Shown here: in pieces, positions 41,329-50,410 of the stretch
How positions within the stretch are numbered: the first letter of the stretch is position 1
Layout: the number at the start of each line of letters is the position of its first letter
Source of the DNA: Chloroflexota bacterium
GTDB taxonomy: Bacteria > Chloroflexota > Dehalococcoidia > Lucifugimonadales > JACPCL1
NCBI GenBank assembly: GCA_016179765.1
Contig: JACPCL010000031.1
Span: 64,341-128,340 of the forward strand
Reading direction: 5' to 3'
Length of the DNA: 64,000 nt
Translations under genes and position numbers: made by a program
The notes under the pieces: model-generated
What the model was told of the DNA's origin: nothing
Databases searched by the model: none
The model's input: only the letters and a program-made list of their open reading frames with translations

Positions 41329-41526
41329 ATGGTTATAAGGCTAGAGGAAGCAATGCATGGCACTTGCCACATCGGAGACCCGTCCGACGGATCCCACGGG
41401 CGAAGGTCACGAAAGTGCAGGCATTGCAGAAGATTGGTTTGTGATGCTCATTGGGTGGTGACTAATGACCAGCTGTTTTGTATTCGTTGTTGGGAGGTGA
41501 CTGCGGTCTTCAGAGAACAGCAGTGA
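41329..41526 (+). CDS. Small Cys-rich (zinc-ribbon-like) hypothetical protein
   Basis: CRHCRRLVC...FCIRCW, in an AT-richer region. Confidence 0.35.
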   Translation: MVIRLEEAMHGTCHIGDPSDGSHGRRSRKCRHCRRLVCDAHWVVTNDQLFCIRCWEVTAVFREQQ

Positions 41527-41640
41527 TTGTCGTTCCGAGCGGAGCGAGGATTGGGGGCGTAGGGTTAACCTCAGGACTCACCTTTCACTTTCGAGGAAAG
41601 CACAATAAGTAAGGTAGCCGCGAAGAGACGTATCGCTCCG

Positions 41641-41973
41641 CTAGCAGGGGGGGTTGGCAGGTACAATAGCCCCTGTACGTACGTAATAGGTCCAGGACCT
41701 GATAACTGGCGTAGTGGAAATGAAGGAGTAGTTGAGGGTGACGAGCCATGAGGCACTTTCGTGAGAGTACTGGGCGGACCAACCTGTATAGCCTAATAAG
41801 CCGGCACACTTAGCTTCGCCTACTTGTTTGGTAGCGAGATAGCTTTTGACGATGCCAATCGCTTCTTCGCTGGTCAGCAACGGCGCTGGGGTATAAGTAG
41901 GGGTTGGCTCTTTGGTGAGTACAGGGGTACAAGCTAGGATCAGTAATAACACTAGGTACGTCGAAAGTCTCAT
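41641..41973 (-). CDS. Small lipoprotein, hypothetical
   Basis: MRLSTYLVLLLILACTPV: signal peptide with lipobox. Confidence 0.55.
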   Translation of the reverse strand: MRLSTYLVLLLILACTPVLTKEPTPTYTPAPLLTSEEAIGIVKSYLATKQVGEAKCAGLLGYTGWSAQYSHESASWLVTLNYSFISTTPVIRSWTYYVRTGAIVPANPPC

Positions 41974-42019
41974 ATTCTTTGTCCATCAGTCAGCGTTCTA
42001 GAGGTCATTGGAGGACAAT

Positions 42020-42154
42020 ATGGCACACAAAAAAGTAACACGCAAGAAGGCGGCTAGTGCTGCGGGCAAAATACTGAGCACCAAAAAGAGCAGTGCGGCA
42101 GCCAAGTCAGCGGCCGGGAGCGCACTGAGCCAACGGCCGGGGAAGAAACACTAA
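42020..42154 (+). CDS. 44-aa highly basic Ala/Ser/Lys-rich protein
   Basis: GGAGGA lies 4 nt before the ATG. MAHKKVTRKKAASAAGKILSTKKSSAAAKSAAGSALSQRPGKKH. Below the ORF-track length cutoff. Confidence 0.5.
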   Translation: MAHKKVTRKKAASAAGKILSTKKSSAAAKSAAGSALSQRPGKKH

Positions 42155-42191
42155 CATCCCCTCAATTCGGGTACCGGGAAAGGGGACTACG

Positions 42192-42437
42192 ATGAATTCA
42201 ACAATTGAAATGGAAAGGCGCAGATGGCTGAGCTTATGGTATGAGGCCCAAGCACTGCGCCAATCGGCTATGTCTGAAACAATAGTTGAGAGCAATGGTG
42301 TGGCAGAGGTGCGACGGCTTGTTCCGAAGGAGTCCTTTGAGACATCTGTCGCCACATTAGCTATGGCTGAGCGGCTAGAGGCGGAATCCAACGCGGCTTA
42401 TTGGCGTATGCTGCACTTACTTAACCCTGTTAAATAA
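42192..42437 (+). CDS. Hypothetical protein
   Basis: 81-aa ORF in the AT-richer islet with no recognisable motif. Confidence 0.35.
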   Translation: MNSTIEMERRRWLSLWYEAQALRQSAMSETIVESNGVAEVRRLVPKESFETSVATLAMAERLEAESNAAYWRMLHLLNPVK

Positions 42438-42479
42438 GCTGACTTTGTCATAGCAGCGCACCGTAGGGTGCATAGGATA

Positions 42480-42850
42480 GATAATGGAGAGGTGGTTGAC
42501 TGTCATTCTGAGCAAGTCCTTCTTTGGAAGGACGCAGCGAAGAATCTAAGGCGCACGTAGGATAGAGCATCTGCTTCCCAAGCAGGGAGTTCAGGAAGGC
42601 AAACGCCTTAGATGCTTCGTCCTTCGGCTGAAGGACTCAGCATGACAAGGGGGACGACCTAACCCCCTTCCCGCACGGGAATCCCGACTTGTCAGGACTC
42701 TCCTTTTGGGAGAGGGGGACCAAGAGGGAGAAGTCAAGAGGTTAACAGAGGGGATACAGCCTGCCCCTTCAGCAGGCTCAGGGCTGGCTCTGAGCAGAAG
42801 ACCGCCGAAAGCCTGCCCTTGAGCGAAGCGAAGGGCCCTGAACACCGTGA
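42480..42850. repeat. Mosaic palindromic repeat block
   Basis: M5-like GTCATTCTGAGCAAG...GCAGCGAAGAATCT, an M6-like module, M4-like GGGAGAGGGGGACCAAGAGGGAGAAGTCAAG, and M8. Confidence 0.8.
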
Positions 42851-42921
42851 AGGAGCAGCCGGAGGGCCCGCCCTTCAGCCGAAGGGCGGGCCTCAATCAC
42901 CCATCATCGGGGAGCACGACC

Positions 42922-45375
42922 ATGACCACTGCCAGGATCGCACCAGCCCTTACACCTAATGCTATCACAATTCTGAAGACGCGCTACCTCATCGGCGATG
43001 AGACGCCTCAGGAGATGTTCACCCGCGTCGCACGGGCCGTGGCCTTAGCAGAGGCCCCCGCCGAACGGGAACGGTGGGAGGCCACCTTCTACAACCTGAT
43101 GGCCAGCACCCGCTTTCTGCCCAACTCGCCCACGCTGTTCAACGCCGGCACGGGCCAGGGCACCCTCTCCGCCTGCTTCGTCCTGCCCGTGGAAGACACC
43201 ATGGAGAGCATCATGCAGGCGGCCACGGCCAGCGCCATGATCCAGAAGTACGGCGGCGGCCTGGGGTACACCTTTGGCAAGCTGCGCCCTCGCGGCAGCA
43301 AGATCGCCACCACCCAGGGCAAGGCCTGCGGCCCCATCGCCGTCCTCAAGATGCTCTCCTCCCTTTCCGATATGATCACCCAGGGGGGCAAGCGCCACGG
43401 GGCCAACATGGGCATCCTCCCCGTGGAGCACCCGGAGGTCCTGGACTTCATCCACATGAAGGACGACGACCAGACGGCCCAGAACTTCAACATCTCCGTT
43501 GCGGTGACCGACGCCTTCATGGAGTCGGTGGAGAAGGACCAGCCGTGGCAGCTCATCAACCCCCACAACGGCAAGGCGGCCAGGACCGTGCCCGCACGCC
43601 AGATATGGACGGAGATCATCCAGTCCGCCTGGAAGACGGGCGACCCCGGCCTCTTCTTCATTGACGAGGCCAACCGCACCAATCCGACGCCCCACGTGGG
43701 CCGCCTGGAGAGCACCAACCCCTGCGGCGAGGTGCCCCTGCTGGCTAACGAGGCCTGCAACCTGGGGTCCATTGACCTGGGCAAGTTCGTCGTGGACGAG
43801 ACGGGCATACGAGCATACGGGCATACGGACATAGGGGCCGTAGCGGCGGACCCACGTGTCCGCCCAACCTTTGACTTCAAGGCCCTGGAGGAGGTGTCGG
43901 CCATCGCCGCCCGCTTCCTGGACAACGTGGTCACCATCAACACCTTCCCCACGCAAGAGGTGACCAACGCCGTGGCCCTGACCCGCAAGACGGGCCTGGG
44001 GGTCATGGGCTGGCACGATGCCCTGGTGCGCCTGGGCATCCCCTACGAGTCGGAGGAGGCCCTGGAGCTGGCCCACCGCGTCATGGGCACCATCACCGAT
44101 ACGGCCCGCGAGGTGTCCCTGGACTTGGCCCAGGCGCGCGGCCCCTACCCCGCCTGGCAGCCCCAGTCCCCTGGCGAGCGGCCCATCCGCAACGCCACGC
44201 GCACCTGCATCGCCCCAACAGGAACCATCAGCGCCATCGCCGGGGCCTCCAGCGGCATTGAGCCCATCTTCGCCCTGGCCTTCGTCAAGAACGTCCTGGA
44301 CGGCAAGCAGCTCCGGGAGGTCAACGCCGACTTTGACCGCATCGCCCGGGAGCGCGGCTTCTACTCCGAGGAGCTGATGGATGCCGTGGCCAGGACCGGC
44401 TCATGCCAGGCGCTCCCGCAAGTCCCCGAGGACGTGAAGCGCCTGTTCAAGGTGGCCAACGAGGTCAGCGCCGACTATCACGTCCGTATGCAGGCGGTGT
44501 TCCAGGAGCACACGGACCTGGCGGTAAGCAAGACCATCAACATGGCCCACTCCGCCACGGTGGAGGACGTGGAGAAGGCCTACTGGCTGGCCTACCACAA
44601 CCGGTGCAAGGGCATCACCATCTACCGCGACGGCTCCAAGTCCATGCAGGTGCTGGAGGTGCAGAAGGAGACTGCGCGGACTACCGTAGGGGCGCAAGGC
44701 CTTGCTCCCCTACAATCGCCCGCAGCCACCACGCTTTCCCCCTCTCCTTTGATGGGAGAGGGCCGGGGTGAGGGTGCGCCCGTTCCCCCCGCCAAGCGGC
44801 CACGCCCCATGGCCATGCAGGGCGTGACGGAGCGTGTGCGCACCGGCCACGGCAACACCTACATCACCATCAACTTTGACGAGCAGGGCCGCCCCTTTGA
44901 GGTGTTCACCACCCTGGGCAAGGCCGGCTCCTGCGACGCCGCCAACCTGGAGGCCATCAGCCGCCTGGTCTCCCTGGCCCTGCGCTCCGGCATCCCCGCC
45001 GAGGAGGTGATTGACCAGCTCCAGGGCATCACCTGCCACCCGGTGTGGGACCAGGGCGAGCTAGTGCGCTCCGCCCCCGATGCCGTGGCCCTGGCCATCA
45101 AGCGCCACGTCAGGTACGTGCAGGAGGGCACGCGTCCCCTGGATGTGACCCAGGTCAAGGCGTCGGAGACGGCGTACAGCGCGCAGCTCAGCCTGCCGAT
45201 GCAGAAGGACATACGGACAAACGGGCAAACGGGCAACGGAGAGGCCCACGGCCCAAGCGCGCCGCACGCTGCCACCGCTATCGGCTTCGCCTGTCCGGAG
45301 TGCGGCGGCCCCGTCGCCTTCCAGGAGGGGTGCGTCCGCTGCCAGGCCTGCGCCTGGAACCAGTGCGGGGGGTAG
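42922..45375 (+). CDS. nrdJ: Class II (adenosylcobalamin-dependent) ribonucleotide reductase
   Basis: MTTARIAPALTPNAITILKTRYL...LSACFV...NPCGEVPL...TGTIS...KGITIYRDGS...C-terminal CPECGG..CxxC. GGGGAG lies before ATG 42922. Confidence 0.9.
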   Translation: MTTARIAPALTPNAITILKTRYLIGDETPQEMFTRVARAVALAEAPAERERWEATFYNLMASTRFLPNSPTLFNAGTGQGTLSACFVLPVEDTMESIMQAATASAMIQKYGGGLGYTFGKLRPRGSKIATTQGKACGPIAVLKMLSSLSDMITQGGKRHGANMGILPVEHPEVLDFIHMKDDDQTAQNFNISVAVTDAFMESVEKDQPWQLINPHNGKAARTVPARQIWTEIIQSAWKTGDPGLFFIDEANRTNPTPHVGRLESTNPCGEVPLLANEACNLGSIDLGKFVVDETGIRAYGHTDIGAVAADPRVRPTFDFKALEEVSAIAARFLDNVVTINTFPTQEVTNAVALTRKTGLGVMGWHDALVRLGIPYESEEALELAHRVMGTITDTAREVSLDLAQARGPYPAWQPQSPGERPIRNATRTCIAPTGTISAIAGASSGIEPIFALAFVKNVLDGKQLREVNADFDRIARERGFYSEELMDAVARTGSCQALPQVPEDVKRLFKVANEVSADYHVRMQAVFQEHTDLAVSKTINMAHSATVEDVEKAYWLAYHNRCKGITIYRDGSKSMQVLEVQKETARTTVGAQGLAPLQSPAATTLSPSPLMGEGRGEGAPVPPAKRPRPMAMQGVTERVRTGHGNTYITINFDEQGRPFEVFTTLGKAGSCDAANLEAISRLVSLALRSGIPAEEVIDQLQGITCHPVWDQGELVRSAPDAVALAIKRHVRYVQEGTRPLDVTQVKASETAYSAQLSLPMQKDIRTNGQTGNGEAHGPSAPHAATAIGFACPECGGPVAFQEGCVRCQACAWNQCGG

Positions 45376-45540
45376 TTTACCTAACCCCCTGCCCCCCTTC
45401 CCTAAAGGGAAGGGGGGACATGAGGAAGGTGCCGGGGAACCTGGGTTCCACGCCGGGGTTCTAGGGGTGTCCCCTAGATACAAATTTCCCCCTCTCCGTT
45501 GCGGAGAGGGGGCCAGGGGGAGAGGTCAGCGAAAGGAGAC
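45376..45540. repeat. Mosaic palindromic repeat block
   Basis: M3 CCCCTTCCCTAAAGGGAAGGGG, M1 TTCTAGGGGTGTCCCCTAGATAC (45459-45481), M4 CCCCCTCTCCGTTGCGGAGAGGGGG. Confidence 0.85.
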
Positions 45541-45548
45541 AGCCAGCC

Positions 45549-45854
45549 ATGGGCAGAAAGAGCCGCGCGAAGTTTGAGAAGCGCCAAGTCCATGCCCTGC
45601 TCCTGCGACGCCAGCCATCCTGCGTGGCGTGTCAAAAGGCTTTTGACCCCACCATGGACCACGACGTGCAGCCCGAAGGCGTCTGCTGGCGATGCCCCTG
45701 CGGCGAAGTAACGGTTGGAAGAGCCATCTTCATACCAGGCGAAGAAGGGTTCTTTATATCGGTCCCCCTCTCAGAGCTCGTGGAGGAGATGGATGGGATT
45801 GCTGCCCAAGAGAAGACAGGTGACAGGGAACCCCGTTCCCTGCCGGGGTACTAG
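45549..45854 (+). CDS. Hypothetical Cys-rich protein
   Basis: AAAGGAGA lies upstream. CVAC...CWRCPCG. Confidence 0.45.
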   Translation: MGRKSRAKFEKRQVHALLLRRQPSCVACQKAFDPTMDHDVQPEGVCWRCPCGEVTVGRAIFIPGEEGFFISVPLSELVEEMDGIAAQEKTGDREPRSLPGY

Positions 45855-46200
45855 AGCCTGCCCTGAGCGCAGCGAATGGGGGTGTCCCCTAGATCAATCT
45901 TCCCCCTCCCCTAAAGTGGGAGGGGGACTGAGGGGGTGAGGTCAGGGGTCACCTTCGCACTAGCAACGGAAAAGGAGAAGGCAACCGCCGCTGTCATTCT
46001 GAGCGCAGCGAAGAATCTGGTTAGCCCTTCCCGGCAAGAGCAAGGGAAAACAGCAGTGGTCTATTAACCCAGGCAAGATTCATTCGGTCGTCCCGACTTC
46101 ATCGGGACTCCCTCAGAATGACAATCTTCCCCCTCCCACTTTAGGGGAGGGGGACCAAGGGGGAGAGGTAAGGAGGCATCTGCCAAGTCACAGACAGGAG
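45855..46200. repeat. Mosaic palindromic repeat block
   Basis: M8, M1 (45878-45895), M4 CCCCCTCCCCTAAAGTGGGAGGGGG, M5 GTCATTCTGAGCGCAGCGAAGAATCT, M6 plus inverted M5, and M4 again. Confidence 0.85.
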
Positions 46201-46205
46201 GGCCC

Positions 46206-46634
46206 ATGCTGGTACGCCAAAACATCCCCTGGCTGATAGATGGCACGCTGCCCCAGGTCACCGGACGTGTGCCTGACGCCCGGGCCACCCGCCTGCGAGG
46301 CAACGACGCCCTGGACCTGGCCGCGGAAGAGGGGCGCTGGCTGGCGACACGGGACGAGCGTCTTCCCGGTGAAGCGCCGTCGGGTAGCCTGCCGGTGGTC
46401 ATCCTGACGGGCGGGCCGTGGACAGCGGAAGGGCTGACCCGAAACCTGCGGCACTTCCAGTTCTGCCTGAGCAGAAGCCCGCACCAGCCGCACATTGGCG
46501 AGCGGTTCATCCTGGAGATGGACCGCCGCATCTACAGGCTCCGTCCGGAAAGCGGAGCGGAGGAGCTTCAGACCTGGCAGGTCCCCAGTATCACTGCCGG
46601 CAGGTCGGGACTGGCGGTGGGCGCCCCGGCGTAA
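46206..46634 (+). CDS. Hypothetical protein
   Basis: GGAGGG lies before the ATG. 142 aa with no recognised motif. Confidence 0.5.
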   Translation: MLVRQNIPWLIDGTLPQVTGRVPDARATRLRGNDALDLAAEEGRWLATRDERLPGEAPSGSLPVVILTGGPWTAEGLTRNLRHFQFCLSRSPHQPHIGERFILEMDRRIYRLRPESGAEELQTWQVPSITAGRSGLAVGAPA

Positions 46635-46664
46635 CGACCGCCTGCTAAGGGGATGGCTTTCAGA

Positions 46665-47360
46665 TCAAGCAGTGGGGTCCCCAGCCGGCGGGCGGTAACG
46701 GTAGCCGACGCCTCTGACCGTCTGAATCAGGCCAGGCTCCCCGCCATCCGCCAGCTTCCTACGCAGGTAGCTGACGTAGAGGCGCACGCTTTCGGAGCCA
46801 CCTCCGTCCAGGCCCCAGACCAGGTCCAGCAGCCGATCCGGGGTGAGCACTTGGCCGGCGTTCCTGGCAAGGACGGAAACCAGCTTGAACTCGGTGGGAG
46901 TCAGCGTCAGCTCTTTGCCACGGAGGAAGACGCGGTGCTGGCTCTGGTCTATGGTCAAGGCAGCGTCCTGGTAGATGAACTCCTGGTCTTGGGCCTTGGG
47001 TGAGCGGCGCAGCACCGCCTCTACCCTGGCCAGCACCTCAACCCCGCTAAAGGGCTTCACAATGTAGTCGTCCGCCCCGGCTTTGAGACCTCGCACCTTG
47101 CTGGACTCTTCCACAAGGGAGGTGATAAAGAGCACGGGGGTCTCGGCGACCTCCCGGATGCGCTCCAACAGCGTCCAGCCATCCATTTCAGGCATGGTGA
47201 TGTCCAGGAGCACCACGTCCGGCGGGGAGGCAAAGAACTCTCTCAGCCCCTCCATGCCGTTGGCGCTGATGCGCACACTGTACCCTTCACGCTCCAGTAT
47301 CTCCTTCAACAGAAGCGCTATGCCTTCCTCGTCCTCTACGATAAGGGCCTTCCACTCCAT
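46665..47360 (-). CDS. OmpR-family response regulator (no adjacent histidine kinase)
   Basis: ALIVEDEEGIA...VVLLDITMPEMDG, with a winged-helix C-terminus ...VRGVGYRY. Confidence 0.9.
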   Translation of the reverse strand: MEWKALIVEDEEGIALLLKEILEREGYSVRISANGMEGLREFFASPPDVVLLDITMPEMDGWTLLERIREVAETPVLFITSLVEESSKVRGLKAGADDYIVKPFSGVEVLARVEAVLRRSPKAQDQEFIYQDAALTIDQSQHRVFLRGKELTLTPTEFKLVSVLARNAGQVLTPDRLLDLVWGLDGGGSESVRLYVSYLRRKLADGGEPGLIQTVRGVGYRYRPPAGDPTA

Positions 47361-47481
47361 ACCTTCTCCTAGCCATGGGGGGTAGAGCCGAGGCAGCGCC
47401 AGAGGTCTACCCTCCTCCCTTCAACCGGCGTAACAGCCCACGCGTGGCCGCCAGCGAGGCGGCAGGGGTCTCTTTTTTTAG

Positions 47482-47520
47482 GAATCAGTGTGAGGCGGCC
47501 TTGCCGCCTCACACTGATTC
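47482..47520. other. Long perfect hairpin
   Basis: GAATCAGTGTGAGGCGGC-CTTG-(G)CCGCCTCACACTGATTC. A T7 run precedes the stem rather than following it. Confidence 0.6.
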
Positions 47521-47610
47521 AAATCCCCCTATCTCAGCCTTCCCCCACAAGGGGGGAAGGAACCTCCTTTTCTCCCCCTTGACGGGGGAGGACCAGGTAG
47601 AGATGAGACT
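47521..47610. repeat. Palindromic repeat modules
   Basis: CCTTCCCCCACAAGGGGGGAAGG and CTCCCCCTTGACGGGGGAG. Confidence 0.7.
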
Positions 47611-47789
47611 CTTACTGAGTAACAACTTGTTCAGTTCATGACCATTAGGCTGGGGTGAAGAAATCCACTGTGGTGTAGCCTAATGATAAGGCAGAAAAGG
47701 GCCTGCCCGCCTAGATGCTCCCGTTAAGAAAGCATTAAGAATGGCGGGCAGGCTTTGCGACAAGAGGCGCGCCGGCGTGCAACGAGTGG

Positions 47790-48551
47790 TCAACCGTTGA
47801 GGGATTTCACCGCCCTGACGTACACGCTGCGGAGGGCTTCCAGGCCCGGCTCCGAGGAGTAGCGCCGCTCCTCTTTCACGGAGACGCGCTGGAAGCCTGC
47901 CTTCCCCAGGCGGGCCAGGTACTCCTCCTTCGGCTCGGCTCCCCCAACGCACTCGGCCCAGCGCTTGGGGTCGTCCTTTATCGCCTGGGGGAGGTCTCCC
48001 ACCAACATCATGTCCGAGATGTGGAGGCGTCCGCCGGGACGGAGCACGCGGAAGGCCTCACGGAAAACGGCGTCCTTGTCCGGGGAGAGGCAGACGACGC
48101 AGTTAGAGATGATGACGTCGGCTGTGCCGTCTTGGACGGGCAGGGCCTCAATCTCCCCCTGGCGGAACTCCACGTTGGCCGCCTTCAGGCGTTGAGCATT
48201 GCTGCGGGCCAGCTCAATCATCTGGGGCGTCATGTCCACGCCAATGACGTGGCCGGAAGGCCCAACGGCCCGGCCAGCCAGGAAGCAGTCAATGCCGCCG
48301 CCGCTTCCCAGGTCCACGACCGTCTCGCCGGACTTCAGGTCGGCCAGGGCGGTAGGGTTGCCGCAGCCAGCGGAAGCCAGGAGCACCTCCCCAGGCAGGC
48401 CGGAGAGGTCGGCGCCCAGGTAGACGCCCCGGGCAGGTGTGGGCGGCGCGGCCTCCGCGGGGCCGCAGCAGGCGCTGACGGCCCCCGTGGCCCGGGCGGC
48501 GTACCGCTCCCGAACGGCGCGTTTGATGTCCTGGGGTTTGGAAGTGGTCAT
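47790..48551 (-). CDS. arsM: Arsenite S-adenosylmethionine methyltransferase (ArsM-like)
   Basis: RERYAA...SACCGP...[31 protein letters not shown]...[12 protein letters not shown]. Confidence 0.8.
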   Translation of the reverse strand: MTTSKPQDIKRAVRERYAARATGAVSACCGPAEAAPPTPARGVYLGADLSGLPGEVLLASAGCGNPTALADLKSGETVVDLGSGGGIDCFLAGRAVGPSGHVIGVDMTPQMIELARSNAQRLKAANVEFRQGEIEALPVQDGTADVIISNCVVCLSPDKDAVFREAFRVLRPGGRLHISDMMLVGDLPQAIKDDPKRWAECVGGAEPKEEYLARLGKAGFQRVSVKEERRYSSEPGLEALRSVYVRAVKSLNG

Positions 48552-48578
48552 GGCGTCCTCCTTTGTGTGGGTGGGCGA

Positions 48579-48977
48579 CTATGGTGCAGCAGATGGCGCG
48601 GCGTCCAGAGCATGGGATCTCCGCTCCGCTCCCTCGGCAGCCTGCACCGCCTGCTCCAGAGCGGGGATAATACGACGCCAGGAGCGGGCGGCAGTATGGT
48701 ACACGCGCCAACCCTGGGGCGTCAGGGTGCATACCTTGCGCTCCCGGGCGCCGGTGCGCTCCACGTTGCACACGATGTAACCCTGCTCCATCAGCTCCTT
48801 CAAAGCAGGATAGATCATGGCGGCGCTGGGGGTGCAGCAGGCGTCGGTGGCTTCCTCCACCGCCTTGGCAAGCTGGTAGCCGTGCTTTGGACCTTTGGCC
48901 AAGGCAGCCAGCAGAAAAAAGCGGCTGACGCTTCGGTTGATGAGGAGGTCCCAGTAACTGTGGGTTTCAAGGGTCAT
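48579..48977 (-). CDS. PadR-family transcriptional regulator with a Cys-Cys insertion
   Basis: GPKHGYQLAKAVEEATDACCTPSAAMIYPALKELMEQGYI. Confidence 0.8.
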   Translation of the reverse strand: MTLETHSYWDLLINRSVSRFFLLAALAKGPKHGYQLAKAVEEATDACCTPSAAMIYPALKELMEQGYIVCNVERTGARERKVCTLTPQGWRVYHTAARSWRRIIPALEQAVQAAEGAERRSHALDAAPSAAP

Positions 48978-48993
48978 GCTTGCATTCCTGCCC

Positions 48994-49020
48994 TATATAT
49001 AGCAGCATTATATATAGCAG
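48994..49020 (-). promoter_or_regulatory. Candidate padR-arsM promoter/operator
   Basis: Two 12-bp direct repeats TATATATAGCAG (48994-49005 and 49009-49020, period 15) overlap a minus-strand TATAAT, 17-40 nt upstream of the padR ATG. Confidence 0.5.
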
Positions 49021-49149
49021 AGTGATGGGGAACTGTCAAGGGTGAGGGAAGGGATGCACCCGCCACGCAGCCCCAGCTAGGATAGTGTCTTTAACACTTC
49101 GTTAGCGTTGCTCTGAGCAGGTGGAGTCCCAATAGCATCAAGATGCGTT

Positions 49150-49300
49150 GGAGGAACCTAACCCCCTCGGTCCCCCTTCCACGTTGGGGAAGGGGGATGA
49201 GGCTACTTGTAGGGTTTTGCGGCTGTGCCGCAAAACCCTACAACAAAAAACCCCTCTCCCTTTGGGACAAAGGGACACAAGGAGGAGAGGTTACCACAGG
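49150..49300. repeat. Palindromic repeat modules
   Basis: M3 CCCCCTTCCACGTTGGGGAAGGGGG, GTAGGGTTTTGCGGCTGTGCCGCAAAACCCTAC, CTCTCCCTTTGGGACAAAGGGAC. Confidence 0.8.
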
Positions 49301-49331
49301 CCGTTACTCGCGAGACTTGAGAGGCGCCACA

Positions 49332-50267
49332 CTACCGAAGGCCTAGTGCGAAGGCCTGGCGCAACGCCCCACAGGCCTCTTCCACGGCCTGGCGGGCCTT
49401 GTCTACGGCCTCGTGCATGCCAAAGAAGCCGTGGATCATCCCCGGGTAGCAGGAGTAGTGGGTGGACACGCCGGCGTCTTGCAGGCGGCGAGCATACGCC
49501 TCCCCCTCATCGCGCAGGGGGTCGTACTCCGCGGTGATGACCAGGGCCGGCGGCAAGCGGCTCACGTCTTTGGCTTGCAGGGGCGCGGCGTAGGGGTTCT
49601 GAGCGTCGGCGGGGCTGCTGAGGTAGTGGTCCCAGTACCATATCATGCTCTCACAGGTCAGCATATAGCCGGCGCCGTTCTGGATATACGACGGGGTGTT
49701 GAAGTTGCGGTCGGTGACGGGATAGACCAGAAGCTGGTGCACCAGAGGCGGCCCGCCGCGGTCGCGGGCCATGAGGGCCACCGCCGCGGCCAGATTAGCG
49801 CCGGCGCTGCCGCCGCCTACGGCGACGCGGCGGGGGTCTACGTCAAGGGAGGGGGCGTGCCCGTGCACCCACTGGGCGGCGGCATAGCACTCCTCCGCCG
49901 GCAGGGGGAACTTGGCCTCCGGGGCAAGGCGGTAGTCCACGGAGACGACGACGCAGCCTCCGCCGGTGCACAGGTGACGGCATGTCCCGTCGGACATGTC
50001 CAGGGTGCCGATGACCCAGCCGCCGCCATGATAGTACACCAGACAGGGAAAGGGCCCATCGCCAAAGGGGACATAGACGCGGGCGGGAACGGCGCCGGCA
50101 GGGCCAGGGATGTGCGTATTGTAGCTGCGGGCCACCTCGGGTCCCTTGGCCACGGGCCGCGCGTGGCGGATGGCCCTGGCCAGAGCCGGCGACAGGGTGT
50201 GCAAAGGCGGCTCGCCGGCGGCCTCCTGAAGCTTGATGACGGCTTCTGCCTGGGGGTCCAGGGGCAT
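49332..50267 (-). CDS. Alpha/beta hydrolase, hormone-sensitive-lipase-like esterase
   Basis: VYYHGGGWVIG...VGGGSAGANLA. The ATG at 50267 is preferred. Confidence 0.85.
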   Translation of the reverse strand: MPLDPQAEAVIKLQEAAGEPPLHTLSPALARAIRHARPVAKGPEVARSYNTHIPGPAGAVPARVYVPFGDGPFPCLVYYHGGGWVIGTLDMSDGTCRHLCTGGGCVVVSVDYRLAPEAKFPLPAEECYAAAQWVHGHAPSLDVDPRRVAVGGGSAGANLAAAVALMARDRGGPPLVHQLLVYPVTDRNFNTPSYIQNGAGYMLTCESMIWYWDHYLSSPADAQNPYAAPLQAKDVSRLPPALVITAEYDPLRDEGEAYARRLQDAGVSTHYSCYPGMIHGFFGMHEAVDKARQAVEEACGALRQAFALGLR

Positions 50268-50410
50268 GGCGCACCTCCTGTGGACGAGGGTGACGTTATG
50301 GTAGCGCACCCGGGGCAAAAAGGGGAGACGCCTGTGGGGGAAGGCTGGCCCAATGAGCGAGTTTCAGTTACATCTTTGGCGAAAGAAGGGCGGGGAAGAG
50401 AACCATTTTG

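Noticed and set aside
46665-47360. Orphan response regulator as part of a novel system with the flanking hypothetical genes.
   Set aside because: The neighbouring ORFs are convergent and separated by repeat blocks, so nothing in the sequence links them.
49332-50267. GGGSAG instead of the usual GDSAG nucleophile-elbow motif in the esterase.
   Set aside because: The GxSxG core is intact. This is a minor family variation and not worth flagging as a finding.
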